Part shown: in pieces, positions 26,772-37,109 of the stretch
Layout: each line of letters starts with the position of its first letter
Position numbering within the stretch: the stretch's first letter is position 1
Source of the DNA: Longimicrobiales bacterium
GTDB lineage: Bacteria > Gemmatimonadota > Gemmatimonadetes > Longimicrobiales > Gaopeijiaceae
DNA length: 64,000 nucleotides
Reading direction: 5' to 3'
Assembly (NCBI GenBank): GCA_965248195.1
Contig: CBDFIQ010000001.1
Location: forward strand, 736,001 to 800,000
The notes under the pieces: model-generated
The model's input: the letters and a program-made list of their open reading frames with translations, nothing else
Told to the model about the DNA's origin: nothing
The model's database searches: none
Made by a program: the position numbers and the translations under genes

Positions 26772-28147
26772 GGTAGTGTCCCTAGATTTGTGTAAAAGCG
26801 GATAAGCTGGACAGGAGGGAAAGAAAAACGGAAGCTCCTCTGTTGTTGTTCACTGTCACATGAACCCGGGAGTCCGGGTCTGCAGAGCAGGCTCGGAACC
26901 GGAGAGGAGCTTCCGATGCAAGAGATTGTGGAGATCGGTCGGGCCACGCAAGACGAGCTACGCGATGATTTGCGCGAGCTGTTTCAAGGCGCGATCCGGC
27001 TGACGCTCGAGATGGTGCTGGAAGAGGAGCTGAAGGCCATGGTAGGTGCACGCCGCTTCGAGCGGGTGGGAAGCCGGAAGGACCATAGGAACGGCACATA
27101 CCTGAGGCGGCTGCTGACGAGCCTGGGGCAGATCGAGGTCGCCATGCCCCGGAGCCGGGACAACGGTTCGCCGGCCGACGTGATCGGCCGCTACCAGCGC
27201 AGGAGCCCCGAGCTCGACGAGATGATGGTCGAGGCGTATGTGAGCGGCGTGTCACAGCGCAAGATGGGCGACGTCACCGAGGCGCTGATGGGCGAGCGTG
27301 TTGGGCGCTCGACGGTGAGTCGTGTGGCAAAACGGCTCGACGAGGCCGTGGAAGGGCTGCGCCGTGCGCCGATCGAGGGGCCTCACCCCTATCTGTACCT
27401 GGACGCCACGTTCTTGGACGCCCGCTGGGCCCGCAAAGTCGAGAACGTGAGTGCGCTCGTGGCGTATGCAGTGGGCCCTGAGGGTCACCGACGGCTCCTG
27501 GCCGTCACGCTGGGCGCTGAGGAGTCGCAGCAGAGCTGGTCGGAGCTCCTCGAGCAACTCCAGGACCGCGGCCTCGGCGGTGTCGAGCTCGTGATCGCCG
27601 ATGAGCACGCAGGCCTGGCAGCTGCGGTCCGCCGCTTCCTGCCCGAGGCACGCCGTCAGAGGTGTACGGTCCATCTGCAGCGTAATGTGGGGGCGAGGGT
27701 CCCCCACCGCCTACGCAAGCGCGTGGCGCGTGAGGTCTCGGTGATCTTCCAGACATCCGGACTCGCCGAGGCGAAGAAGCTCCTGGGCGAGTTCGGCGCA
27801 CGCTGGAAGAAGGAGCTGCCCGAGGCCGTGGAGGTCCTGGAGCGGGGCTTCGGGGCAGCGACGCAGTTCTACGCGTTCCCCGAGGCGCACTGGCCCCGGC
27901 TGCGTACCACCAACAGCCTCGAGCGGCTGCACGGCGAGATCAAACGCAGGATCAAGGCCGCCGGCGCCTTCCCGGACCGGGCCAGCGCCCTCAGGCTCAT
28001 CACGGCCGTCGCACTCAGGACCACACACGTCTGGGGCGACCGGCGTTACCTCGACCTCTCACTCCTCCAGAAACAGGAGGTCGCCCAAGCAGCCTAGCCG
28101 AAGGCGAGGAGCTTCCTCCGCTTTTACACACAAATCGGGACTTGACC
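26772..28147 (+). mobile_element. IS256-family insertion sequence (1376 bp)
   Basis: Imperfect TIRs GGTAGTGTCCCTAGATTTGTGTAAAAGCGGA and (reverse complement) GGTCAAGTCCCGATTTGTGTGTAAAAGCGGA flank the transposase. Confidence 0.92.
26916..28097 (+). CDS. IS256-family (Mutator) DDE transposase, intact
   Basis: RNGTY.R.L.T.LG, GVSQR, YLDA, IADEH.GL, QRCTVH and TTNSLERL. Confidence 0.95.
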   Translation: MQEIVEIGRATQDELRDDLRELFQGAIRLTLEMVLEEELKAMVGARRFERVGSRKDHRNGTYLRRLLTSLGQIEVAMPRSRDNGSPADVIGRYQRRSPELDEMMVEAYVSGVSQRKMGDVTEALMGERVGRSTVSRVAKRLDEAVEGLRRAPIEGPHPYLYLDATFLDARWARKVENVSALVAYAVGPEGHRRLLAVTLGAEESQQSWSELLEQLQDRGLGGVELVIADEHAGLAAAVRRFLPEARRQRCTVHLQRNVGARVPHRLRKRVAREVSVIFQTSGLAEAKKLLGEFGARWKKELPEAVEVLERGFGAATQFYAFPEAHWPRLRTTNSLERLHGEIKRRIKAAGAFPDRASALRLITAVALRTTHVWGDRRYLDLSLLQKQEVAQAA

Positions 28148-28262
28148 GCCACGACGTTCCAGTCGGTTACTTGCCAGAGGGTGGGCGAAGAGGGCATTTC
28201 ATTCCACTGCCCCGCCGGAGTCATCGCTCGCACCCTAATGCAGCTCCACCGGAGATACGACA

Positions 28263-29702
28263 ATGCCTGAGCAGTTCCCAATCATGGTTCCCGGTGCCAC
28301 GCCGGACGGCGACCGCATGGACGTTCAAGCGCCCTACGATGGGAGCCTTATCGCGACCGTGGAGCGCGGAGGGGCGCAGGTCGTCGAGAAGGCGTTGGAC
28401 ACGGCCTACGAACTCTTCCGCGACAGGGATGCGTGGCTCACCCCGGCCCGCCGGATCGAGATCCTGAGGCGCGCCGCCGCTATCATGCAGGAGCGCCGAG
28501 ACGAGTTGGCGGTCGAAGCGGCCCGGGAGGGCGGAAAGCCACTCATCGACTCGCGTGTCGAGGTGGATCGCGCGGTCGACGGCGTACACGAGTGTGTAGA
28601 ATTCTTGCGCACTCAGCATGGTGACGAGGTCCCGATGGGACTCAACGCCGCCTCGGCCAACCGATTGGCGTTCACCCGCCACGAGCCCATTGGTGTCGTG
28701 GTCGCCTTCAGCGCATTCAACCACCCGCTGAACCTGATCGTCCACCAGGTCGGGCCAGCCGTGGCGACTGGGTGTCCGTGCATCGTCAAACCGGGGGAGG
28801 CCACGCCTCTGTCGGGGATGCGCTTCGTCGGAATTCTTCGCGAGGCCGGTCTCCCGGAGGAGTGGTGCCAGGGGCTCATGACCACCGATTTGGACGTAGC
28901 CGGATCACTGGCCACGGATCGAAGGGTCGGCTTCTTCAGCTTCATTGGCAGCGCTCGCGTAGGTTGGATGTTGCGCTCAAAGCTCGCTCCCGGCACCCGC
29001 TGCGCCTTGGAACATGGAGGTGCGGCACCCGTTCTTGTGGCCGAAGACGCCGACCTCGACCATGTGCTCCCACTGATCAGCAAGGGTGGGTTCTACCACG
29101 CCGGCCAGGTCTGCGTCTCGGTTCAGCGCGTCTTCGCCCACCGAAGCATCGCTCGCGATCTGGCTGAGCGTCTTGCCCAAGCGGCGACGGTTCTCAGCGT
29201 CGGCGATCCGACCTCGCCGGACACCGAAGTAGGGCCCCTCATCCGTCCAGCCGAAGTGGAGCGCATAGCCGAGTGGGTGAGGGAAGCGGTGGATGGCGGT
29301 GGCGAGTTGCTCGCCGGCGGCGAGGCCACCTCCGAGACCTGCTACGCGCCCACGGTACTGTACGAGCCGCCCGGCGACGTGCGAGTCTCGACATCCGAGA
29401 TTTTCGGCCCGGTCGTCTGTGTGTACCCGTACGACGATATCGATGACGCGATCGCTCGATCGAACTCGCTCCCCTACGCTTTCCAGGCGTCTGTGTTCAC
29501 GAACGATATCGACACGGCGCTACGGGCTTCGCGCCGGCTCGACGCCTCTGCAGTGATGGTCAACGATCACCCCGCCTTCCGCGTGGATTGGATGCCGTTC
29601 GCGGGCCTGAGGGAGTCGGGCATCGGCGTGGGGGGGATCCCCTATACGATGAAAGACATGCAGATCAAGAAGTTGGTGGTCGTTCGGTCAAAGGAGCTTT
29701 AA
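28263..29702 (+). CDS. NAD(P)-dependent aldehyde dehydrogenase
   Basis: FNHPLNL, FIGS, LEHGG, GQVCVS and EIFGP. Confidence 0.92.
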   Translation: MPEQFPIMVPGATPDGDRMDVQAPYDGSLIATVERGGAQVVEKALDTAYELFRDRDAWLTPARRIEILRRAAAIMQERRDELAVEAAREGGKPLIDSRVEVDRAVDGVHECVEFLRTQHGDEVPMGLNAASANRLAFTRHEPIGVVVAFSAFNHPLNLIVHQVGPAVATGCPCIVKPGEATPLSGMRFVGILREAGLPEEWCQGLMTTDLDVAGSLATDRRVGFFSFIGSARVGWMLRSKLAPGTRCALEHGGAAPVLVAEDADLDHVLPLISKGGFYHAGQVCVSVQRVFAHRSIARDLAERLAQAATVLSVGDPTSPDTEVGPLIRPAEVERIAEWVREAVDGGGELLAGGEATSETCYAPTVLYEPPGDVRVSTSEIFGPVVCVYPYDDIDDAIARSNSLPYAFQASVFTNDIDTALRASRRLDASAVMVNDHPAFRVDWMPFAGLRESGIGVGGIPYTMKDMQIKKLVVVRSKEL

Positions 29703-31138
29703 TCCACCCTGCTCAGCTCCTCAATGCACTCCCGAATGTCGACGATACACTGTTCCATGCGGTCGCGGTGCGTCCGGAATGAGAGCACGCAGATCCGAAG
29801 GGCGTATCGGCCCCGAAGTGTCGTGCCCGTCATGTAGACGTTCTGCCGAGCGTTGACGCACGTGAGCAGCTCGCGGTTCAGGTCGTTCAGTCCGTCTTCG
29901 GAGTGGCCTGCGGGAGCCCAACGGAAGGCGGTGAGGGAGAGCTGGGGTTCGGCGAGGATCTCCATGTCCGGTATCTCTCTGAGCTGGTCCGTAGCCCACC
30001 GCGCGAGGTCGAGTTTTTCATCGAGGCTCGAGCGAAAAGCATCGATTCCGAAGAGCTTGATGGGAAGCCACGCTCTTAATCCCCTGAAGTCCCGGGACAG
30101 CTCGGGCGATATCTGACAGAAGTCGACCAAGTCGGCGTCCTGCTGCATCTCCGGCATGTAGTCGGCGAAGGTCGTATGCGCCCGCCGCAGGGCCTCGGGA
30201 TCACGCACAAGCAGCGATCCGTTGCCGTACGGGAGAAACAACCCTTTGTGCGGGTCGAGCGTGACCGAGTCCGCGCGCTCGATGCCTCGCATGGACTCCC
30301 GCCCTCGCTCCGTAAGCATGAAGAAGCCGCCGTACGCGGCATCGACATGCAGCCATAGTCCCTCGTCATCGGCCAGGTCGGCGGCGCCCCCCAGATCGTC
30401 GACGGCCCCCGTGTTCGTGGTGCCCGCGCTGGCCACGAGCATGAGGGGTCGCAGTCCGCCCTCCCGGTCTTCGGCGATGCGCCGCCGCAAGTCGTCGAGG
30501 CGTATCTCATAGTCCTCATTCGTGGCGATCTCACGAACGTTTTCCTCCGGAAAGCCCGCCAGGACCGCCGCTTTCCGAATGGAGTGATGGGTTTGGTCCG
30601 AGGTGTAGATCGTCCCTGCCAGGAAGTCATCGGGAAGGCGCTCCCTCCGCGCGGTGACCACCGCGGTGAAGTTCGCCAAGGACCCACCGCTGGTGAGGAT
30701 GCCACCCGAGCTGGGTGGATAGCCGATGATCTCGCAGAACCATCGAACGACGTTCAACTCGAGCTGCGCGAGTCCCGGTGCGGCAATCCACACCCCCACG
30801 TATCGATTCACGGCGTTCGCGATCAAGTCGGCGACCGCGGACGGGAAGACACCACCTCCGGGGATATACGCCAAATAACCCGGTGCAGCCGTATTGTACG
30901 AAAGCGGGACCGCTTCGCGGAAGAGGAGGTCCAAGAGACCATCGAGGTCTGTGCCTCGCTCCGGGAGGGACTCGGCGAGGGCGGCCGTCCTGGCGTGCGT
31001 ACCGGCCTCGTGTTCCGCGTAGGAGGCCGGCTGACGCGCTAACGAAGCGATGTGCTCGATCACCCGCTCCGCTGCCTTGTCGACCATCACCCGCATTTGG
31101 TCCGTCGAGGGCTCCAACGGATACCGGTGGCCTTCCAT
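29699..31138 (-). CDS. Group II PLP-dependent decarboxylase (aromatic L-amino acid decarboxylase-like)
   Basis: SGGSLAN, HHSI.KA, AGTTNTG, HVDAAYGG and DPHK. Confidence 0.9.
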   Translation of the reverse strand: MEGHRYPLEPSTDQMRVMVDKAAERVIEHIASLARQPASYAEHEAGTHARTAALAESLPERGTDLDGLLDLLFREAVPLSYNTAAPGYLAYIPGGGVFPSAVADLIANAVNRYVGVWIAAPGLAQLELNVVRWFCEIIGYPPSSGGILTSGGSLANFTAVVTARRERLPDDFLAGTIYTSDQTHHSIRKAAVLAGFPEENVREIATNEDYEIRLDDLRRRIAEDREGGLRPLMLVASAGTTNTGAVDDLGGAADLADDEGLWLHVDAAYGGFFMLTERGRESMRGIERADSVTLDPHKGLFLPYGNGSLLVRDPEALRRAHTTFADYMPEMQQDADLVDFCQISPELSRDFRGLRAWLPIKLFGIDAFRSSLDEKLDLARWATDQLREIPDMEILAEPQLSLTAFRWAPAGHSEDGLNDLNRELLTCVNARQNVYMTGTTLRGRYALRICVLSFRTHRDRMEQCIVDIRECIEELSRVD

Positions 31139-31215
31139 TACAGGCTCGGGGCTTTTCTTGATTGCAGAGGGACGCGCGGCTCCAAGCCACGCGCCCCCCT
31201 GTCAATCAAACCCGA

Positions 31216-32619
31216 TCAGCAAGAAGGCGGCGGATTGGCACCGCGCTGATCGCACTCCTGGGTAGGCACCGGATACGCAGTCGGGATGGTAAAGTTCGGC
31301 CGGTCCAGGGGAATCTCTCCCAGCTTTCCATACCGCCGCATGTCGATCCAGCGGTGGCCACCTTCCCACAACAATGAGTAACGCTTGTTGTAGAGCAGCT
31401 CGTCCAGCCGCTGGGTCGCCGTCATCGCCGTCCATGCACCCGCGGTAATGGCGGGGAGTCTGCCCGCCGTCGTGCGAACGAGGTTGATGTCGGCCAGTGC
31501 CGCGGCCACACTACCAGCCCCTATGTTGGCCTCGGCTCGGAGCAAGATCAGCTCCTCGTTCCGAATGATCGGCAAGGAGGCCGTGGGGTTCGCGTAATGG
31601 GCAAACATGAGGTCGGACGAAATTCCCAGGCTGGCCTGATCCGGGATCGGATCGTCAAGAACCGTAGTCTTGTCCAAGGCCCTCTGGTCGAGCGCGCCGC
31701 CCGCCTGCAATTGGGCGTCTGTCCGGATGGACGGATGCGCCAAAAGGGCGCCCGACAAGTCGAAGAGAAGGTTCTGTGATTCACCCGAACCAATTCCGAA
31801 GTCGTAGGACACGCCCAGGCTGAACGGCGCGGCGTCGTCGAGGAACGACGCGGGAAGGTACGTCGTCAACGCTCCGGTGAAGTCGCCCAGGTATACGGCG
31901 ATTCGCGCCCGCAGCGCCCGGTTGAAGGCGAGGAAGCCGGCGGGGGTGTCGGCGGTCGCGTATCCCGGAGGGAGGCCCAGGTCTGACGCAAACGAGGCGC
32001 CTGCCGCCCCGAGATCCGCTGCCGCGGATTCCAACATCGTGACAATGTCGGTAAACGCCTCACTCTTGGTCCGGAACGGCGTAGGCTCGCCCGTCGGATC
32101 CGGATTCACGGTGGTCGGGATCCCGTTCGTGTCCCGTGTGTTGAGGGCCAGCAAGAGCTGCAACCCCATGAGGGTGTTGGCGATGCCGCGGATTCCCGCC
32201 TTCTCGGCCGGCGCTAAGTCAGCGTCGGACAATTCTGCCACAGCCAGCAGCACGTTGGCGGCGCCTCGAACGGCACGGTACCGTGGCGTCCACTGGGCGC
32301 CGCCAAACGCGGGACTCCCCCCGTCGAGTGGCCCGACGAGCATCTCGGTGCTGAATCCCGGGTCCGAACCGTCGAAGTTGTACGATTCACGCCCGATAAT
32401 CCCGAGTGCGGATACGTATCCCGCCCGGGTTGCCATGCCCACTCGGGCGGAAATGAAGAGCCCCTGGGTTGCCGCGACTACCGACGACCGCGTTGGGTTC
32501 TCCGAGAGCTGATCCAAGCCTGGGTTGTTCAGGTCCGGCACGAGCAGATCGTTACATGCCGTCAGGGCGGCCAGAGCCAGTACCATCGATAAACGTCGAA
32601 GGACTTTCATCCGTATCAT
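31216..32619 (-). CDS. RagB/SusD-family outer-membrane lipoprotein
   Basis: Lipobox LTAC, IRNEELILLRAEA, IN.VR and EGGHRWIDMRR. Confidence 0.9.
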   Translation of the reverse strand: MIRMKVLRRLSMVLALAALTACNDLLVPDLNNPGLDQLSENPTRSSVVAATQGLFISARVGMATRAGYVSALGIIGRESYNFDGSDPGFSTEMLVGPLDGGSPAFGGAQWTPRYRAVRGAANVLLAVAELSDADLAPAEKAGIRGIANTLMGLQLLLALNTRDTNGIPTTVNPDPTGEPTPFRTKSEAFTDIVTMLESAAADLGAAGASFASDLGLPPGYATADTPAGFLAFNRALRARIAVYLGDFTGALTTYLPASFLDDAAPFSLGVSYDFGIGSGESQNLLFDLSGALLAHPSIRTDAQLQAGGALDQRALDKTTVLDDPIPDQASLGISSDLMFAHYANPTASLPIIRNEELILLRAEANIGAGSVAAALADINLVRTTAGRLPAITAGAWTAMTATQRLDELLYNKRYSLLWEGGHRWIDMRRYGKLGEIPLDRPNFTIPTAYPVPTQECDQRGANPPPSC

Positions 32620-32636
32620 CTCCTGGATCGTCTTGA

Positions 32637-35609
32637 TCAGAACCCCACGTCGATTCCGAACCAGAAGCTTCGGCTCGGCGGGAACGGAGCGACATCGATG
32701 TTCCGTCCGCTTGGTTGGTTACCAAAGTTGCTGACTTCGGGGTCGATACCGCTGTAATCGGTAAAGGTCAGGAGGTTGCGCCCGCTAAGCGTGAGGCTGA
32801 CGCGGTCCAGGGATCCCCAAATGGACGCTACCAGACCCGAACTGAGCTGATAGGAAAGTGTGATTTCCCGCAATTTGACGTACGAGGCGTCTTCGACATA
32901 AATCCCCGTCTCTTGCCCAGCACCGAACGGTCCCATGGCGTTTCGCTCCGGACCCGTCAGACCTTGGAAATCCTGGTCAGCGAAGCCTTTCCAGTTGCTT
33001 CCCAGGTCGTACAGCAGCTTGGTGAGGTTCATGATATCACCACCCTGCTGCCAGTCCAGGTGGAAGTAGAGGCCAAAGCTGTTATAGGTGAGATCGTTGG
33101 TGAACGACACGTTGTAATCGGGATTCACGTCGCCCACGACGCCCTCGATCGGACTGCCCGCTCCGTCCACGCCGACATTGCCGACCATCTGAGTGGGGGA
33201 CATCCCCTCTTCGATTCTGACTGTGCCCAGGCTCACCCGGAAGCCGCCGTTGGTCGGGAGGAAGGAGGGCACGTCGAGCTGCGTGACCTTACTGCGATTC
33301 AGGAAGAAGCTGGTCCGGAAGAGCCAGTTGACATTTTCCGACTGTACGGGAGTAACTCCCAAGCCGACCTCGATACCGCGAGTTCGGAGCTTGCCCCCGT
33401 TGAAAACTTCCTCCCCAAATCCTGACGACGGCGCCAGCCGCCGTCTCACGATCAGATCGCTGATGTTCTTCTGATACAAGCTGAACTCGAGGCTCGCGAG
33501 TCCCTCAAAGAGCGTCGCGTCGAAACCACCCTCGATCTCCTTCTGGCGCTCTGGCTTGAGAGTAGGCGATCCCACCACCGCGTCGAGATTACTCGTCGGA
33601 ATCACTGTGCCGGCGATTCCCCCGATTACGTTGACGGCCGACAGCGGAGTGAACCTGTCCCCGTAGAGCGGCAGGTTGCCGGCCTCTCCGTATGCCACCC
33701 GGAATTTGAGGTCGTTCAGGATCCGCCAAGACCCTGCAACTTTCGGGAAGTAGTAGAGCTCGGTGGGATCAGCGTTTACGCTGCTCTGGTCGGCACGGAT
33801 ACTCGCGGACAGAAAGAGCCGGTCGTCGTACGCCAGCACCTCTTCCTGCAGAAAGAAGCCGAGGTTCTCGACCCGCGTTCGCTCCTGTCTGACGTTGACG
33901 TTCGATCCAGCGGAGACGTTGGGCTGTCCCGCGGTGAGGCCTCTGCTCTCGATCCGGCTGACGTCGAGATCCGTGGTCTCGTACTGCACGCCTGCCGAGG
34001 TCGTGAACGTGGTGTTGCCGCCGCTCAGGTCATACGTGTGCACGGCGCTCGCGTTCAGGTTCGCGTTGAGGTTGTCGCTGTTGCTCAGCAGAGACGTCCC
34101 AAGAAAGCCGTCGTCGTCCTCGAATTGGAGCTCCGGCGGAAAGAACAGCCTGTTCTTCTGCTGGAAATAGTCCACGCCGGCCAATCCCAAGAGCGTCAGA
34201 CTCTGAGAGGCCCCGTCCAATACGTTCCAATCGACCTGTCCCGACGCTAGGACCCGCCAAACGTCCTCGTCGTTCTCCATCTGTGCTAGGGTCGCTACGG
34301 GATTGCTACGCTCGAACGGATTGACGGGGAAGGACCCGTCTGCCTGCTGCGCGAGATCCACGACGTTGTAGGTGAACGCCCATACCATGTACGGGCTCAC
34401 GCCAAGGTTGTCGTTGTTGGTTAGGCCACGCCGCGCGTTGGTGTGGACCAGATTGGTGCTGACACTCGCCGAGACCCGCTCACCGAATACCTGATCGAGG
34501 TTTAGGCGCAGGGACTGCTTGGCGAATCCGGTGTTGTCCATGATCCCCTCGTCGTCCTGCCACAGCCCCGAAATGAAGTAGCGCGTGTCAGCGGACCCAC
34601 CGCTCACGTCGAAGGCCGTTTCGTGGGAGAGGGCGTTCCGGCCTGCCACCGCCTCTTCGAGATCGAAGCTCACTCCCGGCTGAAACCCAACGGACGCCGC
34701 GGTACCGGCGCCTGCAAGGGCGTCGAGATCGGCAGCCGTCGCGATCGTGGCGAAGCCCAGTTTGTTGGAGATATCGAAGACGCCGAACCGCTGACGGACG
34801 CTGAGCCTTGGTGCGCCGGCGGTTCCACGCCTCGTCGTGACGATGATCACGCCGTTCGAGGCCTTCGAGCCATAGATGGCCGACGCGGATGCACCCTTGA
34901 GGACCTCGATGCTCTCGATGTCCTCAGGATTCAGGTCCACGATCCGGTTGACTTGACCGTCCTGGAAGAGAGACGGATTGTTTCCAGTGGATGCACCGGT
35001 CACGACGTTCTGATTGGAGGGGATCGCAACGTCGCTAGCGACTATGCCATCGATCACCCATAGCGGAGACGCCGTGGCGTTGATGGATGTAACCCCCCTC
35101 ATCCGCACCTGCGCACCGCCCCCCGGAGCACCCGAGTTCGTTTGAATGTACGCACCGACCACCTTGCCCTGCAGGGCGTGCTCGATGCTCTGCGAGGTTA
35201 CTTGCCGCACGTCGTCGCCTTGAACCGACGCAACCGCGTTGGCGAGGTTGCGGCGAGACACGTTGGTGACCAATCCGGTCACGACCACCTCATCCACCAG
35301 GAGTGCATCGACATCGAGAGAAATTACCACATTGTTTTGGCCTGCCGGAACGGGGATCGCCGAGACCCTGAACCCGATCCTCTGCACCGTGAGCACAACG
35401 TCACCGACCGGCACGGCAACACTGAAGGACCCGTCTTGTCCGGCGAACGTCTCGGTCAGTGAACCCACCACAGAGATATTGGCTGCCCCGATCCCGGCGC
35501 CGGTTGTCGCTTCAACCACACGGCCCGTCAGCACCCGGGTCTGAGACTCGAGGCTCGTGGCGCCAAGTGTGGCCAGCGCGGTACAAAATAGAACAAGTTT
35601 AAATCTCAT
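32637..35609 (-). CDS. SusC/RagA-family TonB-dependent receptor
   Basis: Signal peptide, DLNPEDIESIEVLKGASASAIYGSKASNGVIIVTT, LKPE, YVKLREI and C-terminal F. ATG at 35609. Confidence 0.95.
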   Translation of the reverse strand: MRFKLVLFCTALATLGATSLESQTRVLTGRVVEATTGAGIGAANISVVGSLTETFAGQDGSFSVAVPVGDVVLTVQRIGFRVSAIPVPAGQNNVVISLDVDALLVDEVVVTGLVTNVSRRNLANAVASVQGDDVRQVTSQSIEHALQGKVVGAYIQTNSGAPGGGAQVRMRGVTSINATASPLWVIDGIVASDVAIPSNQNVVTGASTGNNPSLFQDGQVNRIVDLNPEDIESIEVLKGASASAIYGSKASNGVIIVTTRRGTAGAPRLSVRQRFGVFDISNKLGFATIATAADLDALAGAGTAASVGFQPGVSFDLEEAVAGRNALSHETAFDVSGGSADTRYFISGLWQDDEGIMDNTGFAKQSLRLNLDQVFGERVSASVSTNLVHTNARRGLTNNDNLGVSPYMVWAFTYNVVDLAQQADGSFPVNPFERSNPVATLAQMENDEDVWRVLASGQVDWNVLDGASQSLTLLGLAGVDYFQQKNRLFFPPELQFEDDDGFLGTSLLSNSDNLNANLNASAVHTYDLSGGNTTFTTSAGVQYETTDLDVSRIESRGLTAGQPNVSAGSNVNVRQERTRVENLGFFLQEEVLAYDDRLFLSASIRADQSSVNADPTELYYFPKVAGSWRILNDLKFRVAYGEAGNLPLYGDRFTPLSAVNVIGGIAGTVIPTSNLDAVVGSPTLKPERQKEIEGGFDATLFEGLASLEFSLYQKNISDLIVRRRLAPSSGFGEEVFNGGKLRTRGIEVGLGVTPVQSENVNWLFRTSFFLNRSKVTQLDVPSFLPTNGGFRVSLGTVRIEEGMSPTQMVGNVGVDGAGSPIEGVVGDVNPDYNVSFTNDLTYNSFGLYFHLDWQQGGDIMNLTKLLYDLGSNWKGFADQDFQGLTGPERNAMGPFGAGQETGIYVEDASYVKLREITLSYQLSSGLVASIWGSLDRVSLTLSGRNLLTFTDYSGIDPEVSNFGNQPSGRNIDVAPFPPSRSFWFGIDVGF

Positions 35610-35766
35610 CGTCCTAACCCTCCGTGGGAGTTTGACGGCGCCAAGAAAATGGCGGCGTCGGCCGGCAGTGTCCCGTCGCGGCCAATCGAAAGATGTGGAA
35701 ACCGTACACAAGTCGGTAGTGGCTTCGCGTCCTTTACCTCGTGCCTCTTCTAGGGATTCTTGGGGC

Positions 35767-36333
35767 TCACCATCGATACAGACGATCTCGATCTCGGCGA
35801 TTGAGAGGAGGCTTCGCGACCTCATCCTCCGACGCGTCCAGGCCCACCGGCCGGGGCAGCGGGGGGCCGAATATGGCCCGGAAGATCATGGACGGGATGC
35901 AGATGTCCATCGCGCTTACCAGAATAGCCACCCCGGCCAGCGTAAATCCCAGAACATAGGCGACAGTCGTCAACGACGACTCGAACGCCCCCACAGTTAC
36001 GATCAGCCACAGCGCGCCAATTCCGCACGCGAATCGATTGGGGGGGCCCCGCTTGGGAAGAGGTGGCGTCCCGGTCGCGTAACGGATCCCATGATTATAG
36101 ATCAGGTCGAACGGATGGACGGGAAAAACCGCCGCAAGAAACGCGATCCCGGCGAGTGTCAGCAAGAGGGTCGTTGAGGCAAGCGCCGTGCCGACGATCG
36201 CCAAGGTCGCGCAAAGGCCGAACGCCAGACGCAACCACGGTGCCACTTGGGCTAGGAGGTCCTCGTCCACCGTGTCGAATCCCTGAACATCGAGACGACA
36301 AAGGCGCTTCGGTCCCAAAGTACTCACAGCCAC
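35767..36333 (-). CDS. DUF4395-like membrane protein
   Basis: HPFD, PNRFACGIG and DICIPS, with several TM helices. Confidence 0.75.
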   Translation of the reverse strand: MAVSTLGPKRLCRLDVQGFDTVDEDLLAQVAPWLRLAFGLCATLAIVGTALASTTLLLTLAGIAFLAAVFPVHPFDLIYNHGIRYATGTPPLPKRGPPNRFACGIGALWLIVTVGAFESSLTTVAYVLGFTLAGVAILVSAMDICIPSMIFRAIFGPPLPRPVGLDASEDEVAKPPLNRRDRDRLYRW

Positions 36334-36779
36334 CGCCGTACTCGGCTCTTATACCGGTCATAGTCAGCGCCGAACGTCTGACTCAAGGCGGCCTCCTCCC
36401 TCTCGATGAACCTCCGGGAAAGCAGCCAAGCCAGTGCCGGAGGCACGAAGAAGGTAAGGAGTGTTCCCAAACCGAACGCCGTGCCGAGCTGGATCACGAT
36501 CATTGCGAGATACATCGGGTTCCGGCTCACCCGAAATACGCCACCCGTGACCAGGGCTGAAGGCTGATCGAAAGGCTTGATCGCGGTCTCCGCTTTCTTG
36601 AACTGAAGGGCGCCTGCCACTACCACTCCTAGTCCAACTGCGATGGCTATGATGCCCAACGGAGCCCAAGCCTCAGGGATTACCCGGGCTACGGGTAGTG
36701 TTATGTGAAGCCCCCACTGAAGCAATAGCCCGCCCAGAAAGAAAACCGGTGGGAGCGGCCCGCTCTTCACTCCAGTCAT
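36324..36779 (-). CDS. Isoprenylcysteine/phospholipid methyltransferase-family membrane protein
   Basis: LVTGGVFRVSRNPMYL and EE..L...FG..Y..Y..RVRRW. Confidence 0.9.
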   Translation of the reverse strand: MTGVKSGPLPPVFFLGGLLLQWGLHITLPVARVIPEAWAPLGIIAIAVGLGVVVAGALQFKKAETAIKPFDQPSALVTGGVFRVSRNPMYLAMIVIQLGTAFGLGTLLTFFVPPALAWLLSRRFIEREEAALSQTFGADYDRYKSRVRRWL

Positions 36780-37109
36780 GATCCTCGCACGCTCCCTCCT
36801 AAAGGCGCTCCCATGGGGCCGAAGTCCGGCTGACAGTTCGCGATTGACCTCCGCCCGCTTCGCGGTGCTCGGTCGTCTCCGGCACGCGATGCGTGCCTCC
36901 GGCTCTGGTACGCGACCAAGCTGCCGACCCGGAGCCCGAGCTGCAAGCGAATGCCCCGGGCCTCCACACTCCTATTCCGTCGGCCGCGATCGCTCGTTTC
37001 GCTCGCAATCGTTGCATCGCAACCTGCTCACGAGTAGCATTCTGCGTCGGCCGGAAGGCGGTTCACCAGTTGGAGGCCGCCACGATACCTGCTTCATGAG
37101 GAGGAGAAT

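Noticed and set aside
26782..26947. Ferredoxin ORF N-terminus as called in the track
   Set aside because: It is read-through from IS256 left-end sequence, not part of the native gene.
35610..35825. Long N-terminal extensions in the ORF track (SusC, also MenC, ParA, MnmG, MOSC, FxsA)
   Set aside because: They overlap neighbouring genes or lack family similarity. Downstream starts fit the RBS and family N-termini better.
36780..37109. 330-bp intergenic gap with several short ORFs
   Set aside because: No recognisable protein or RNA motif; consistent with a divergent promoter region.
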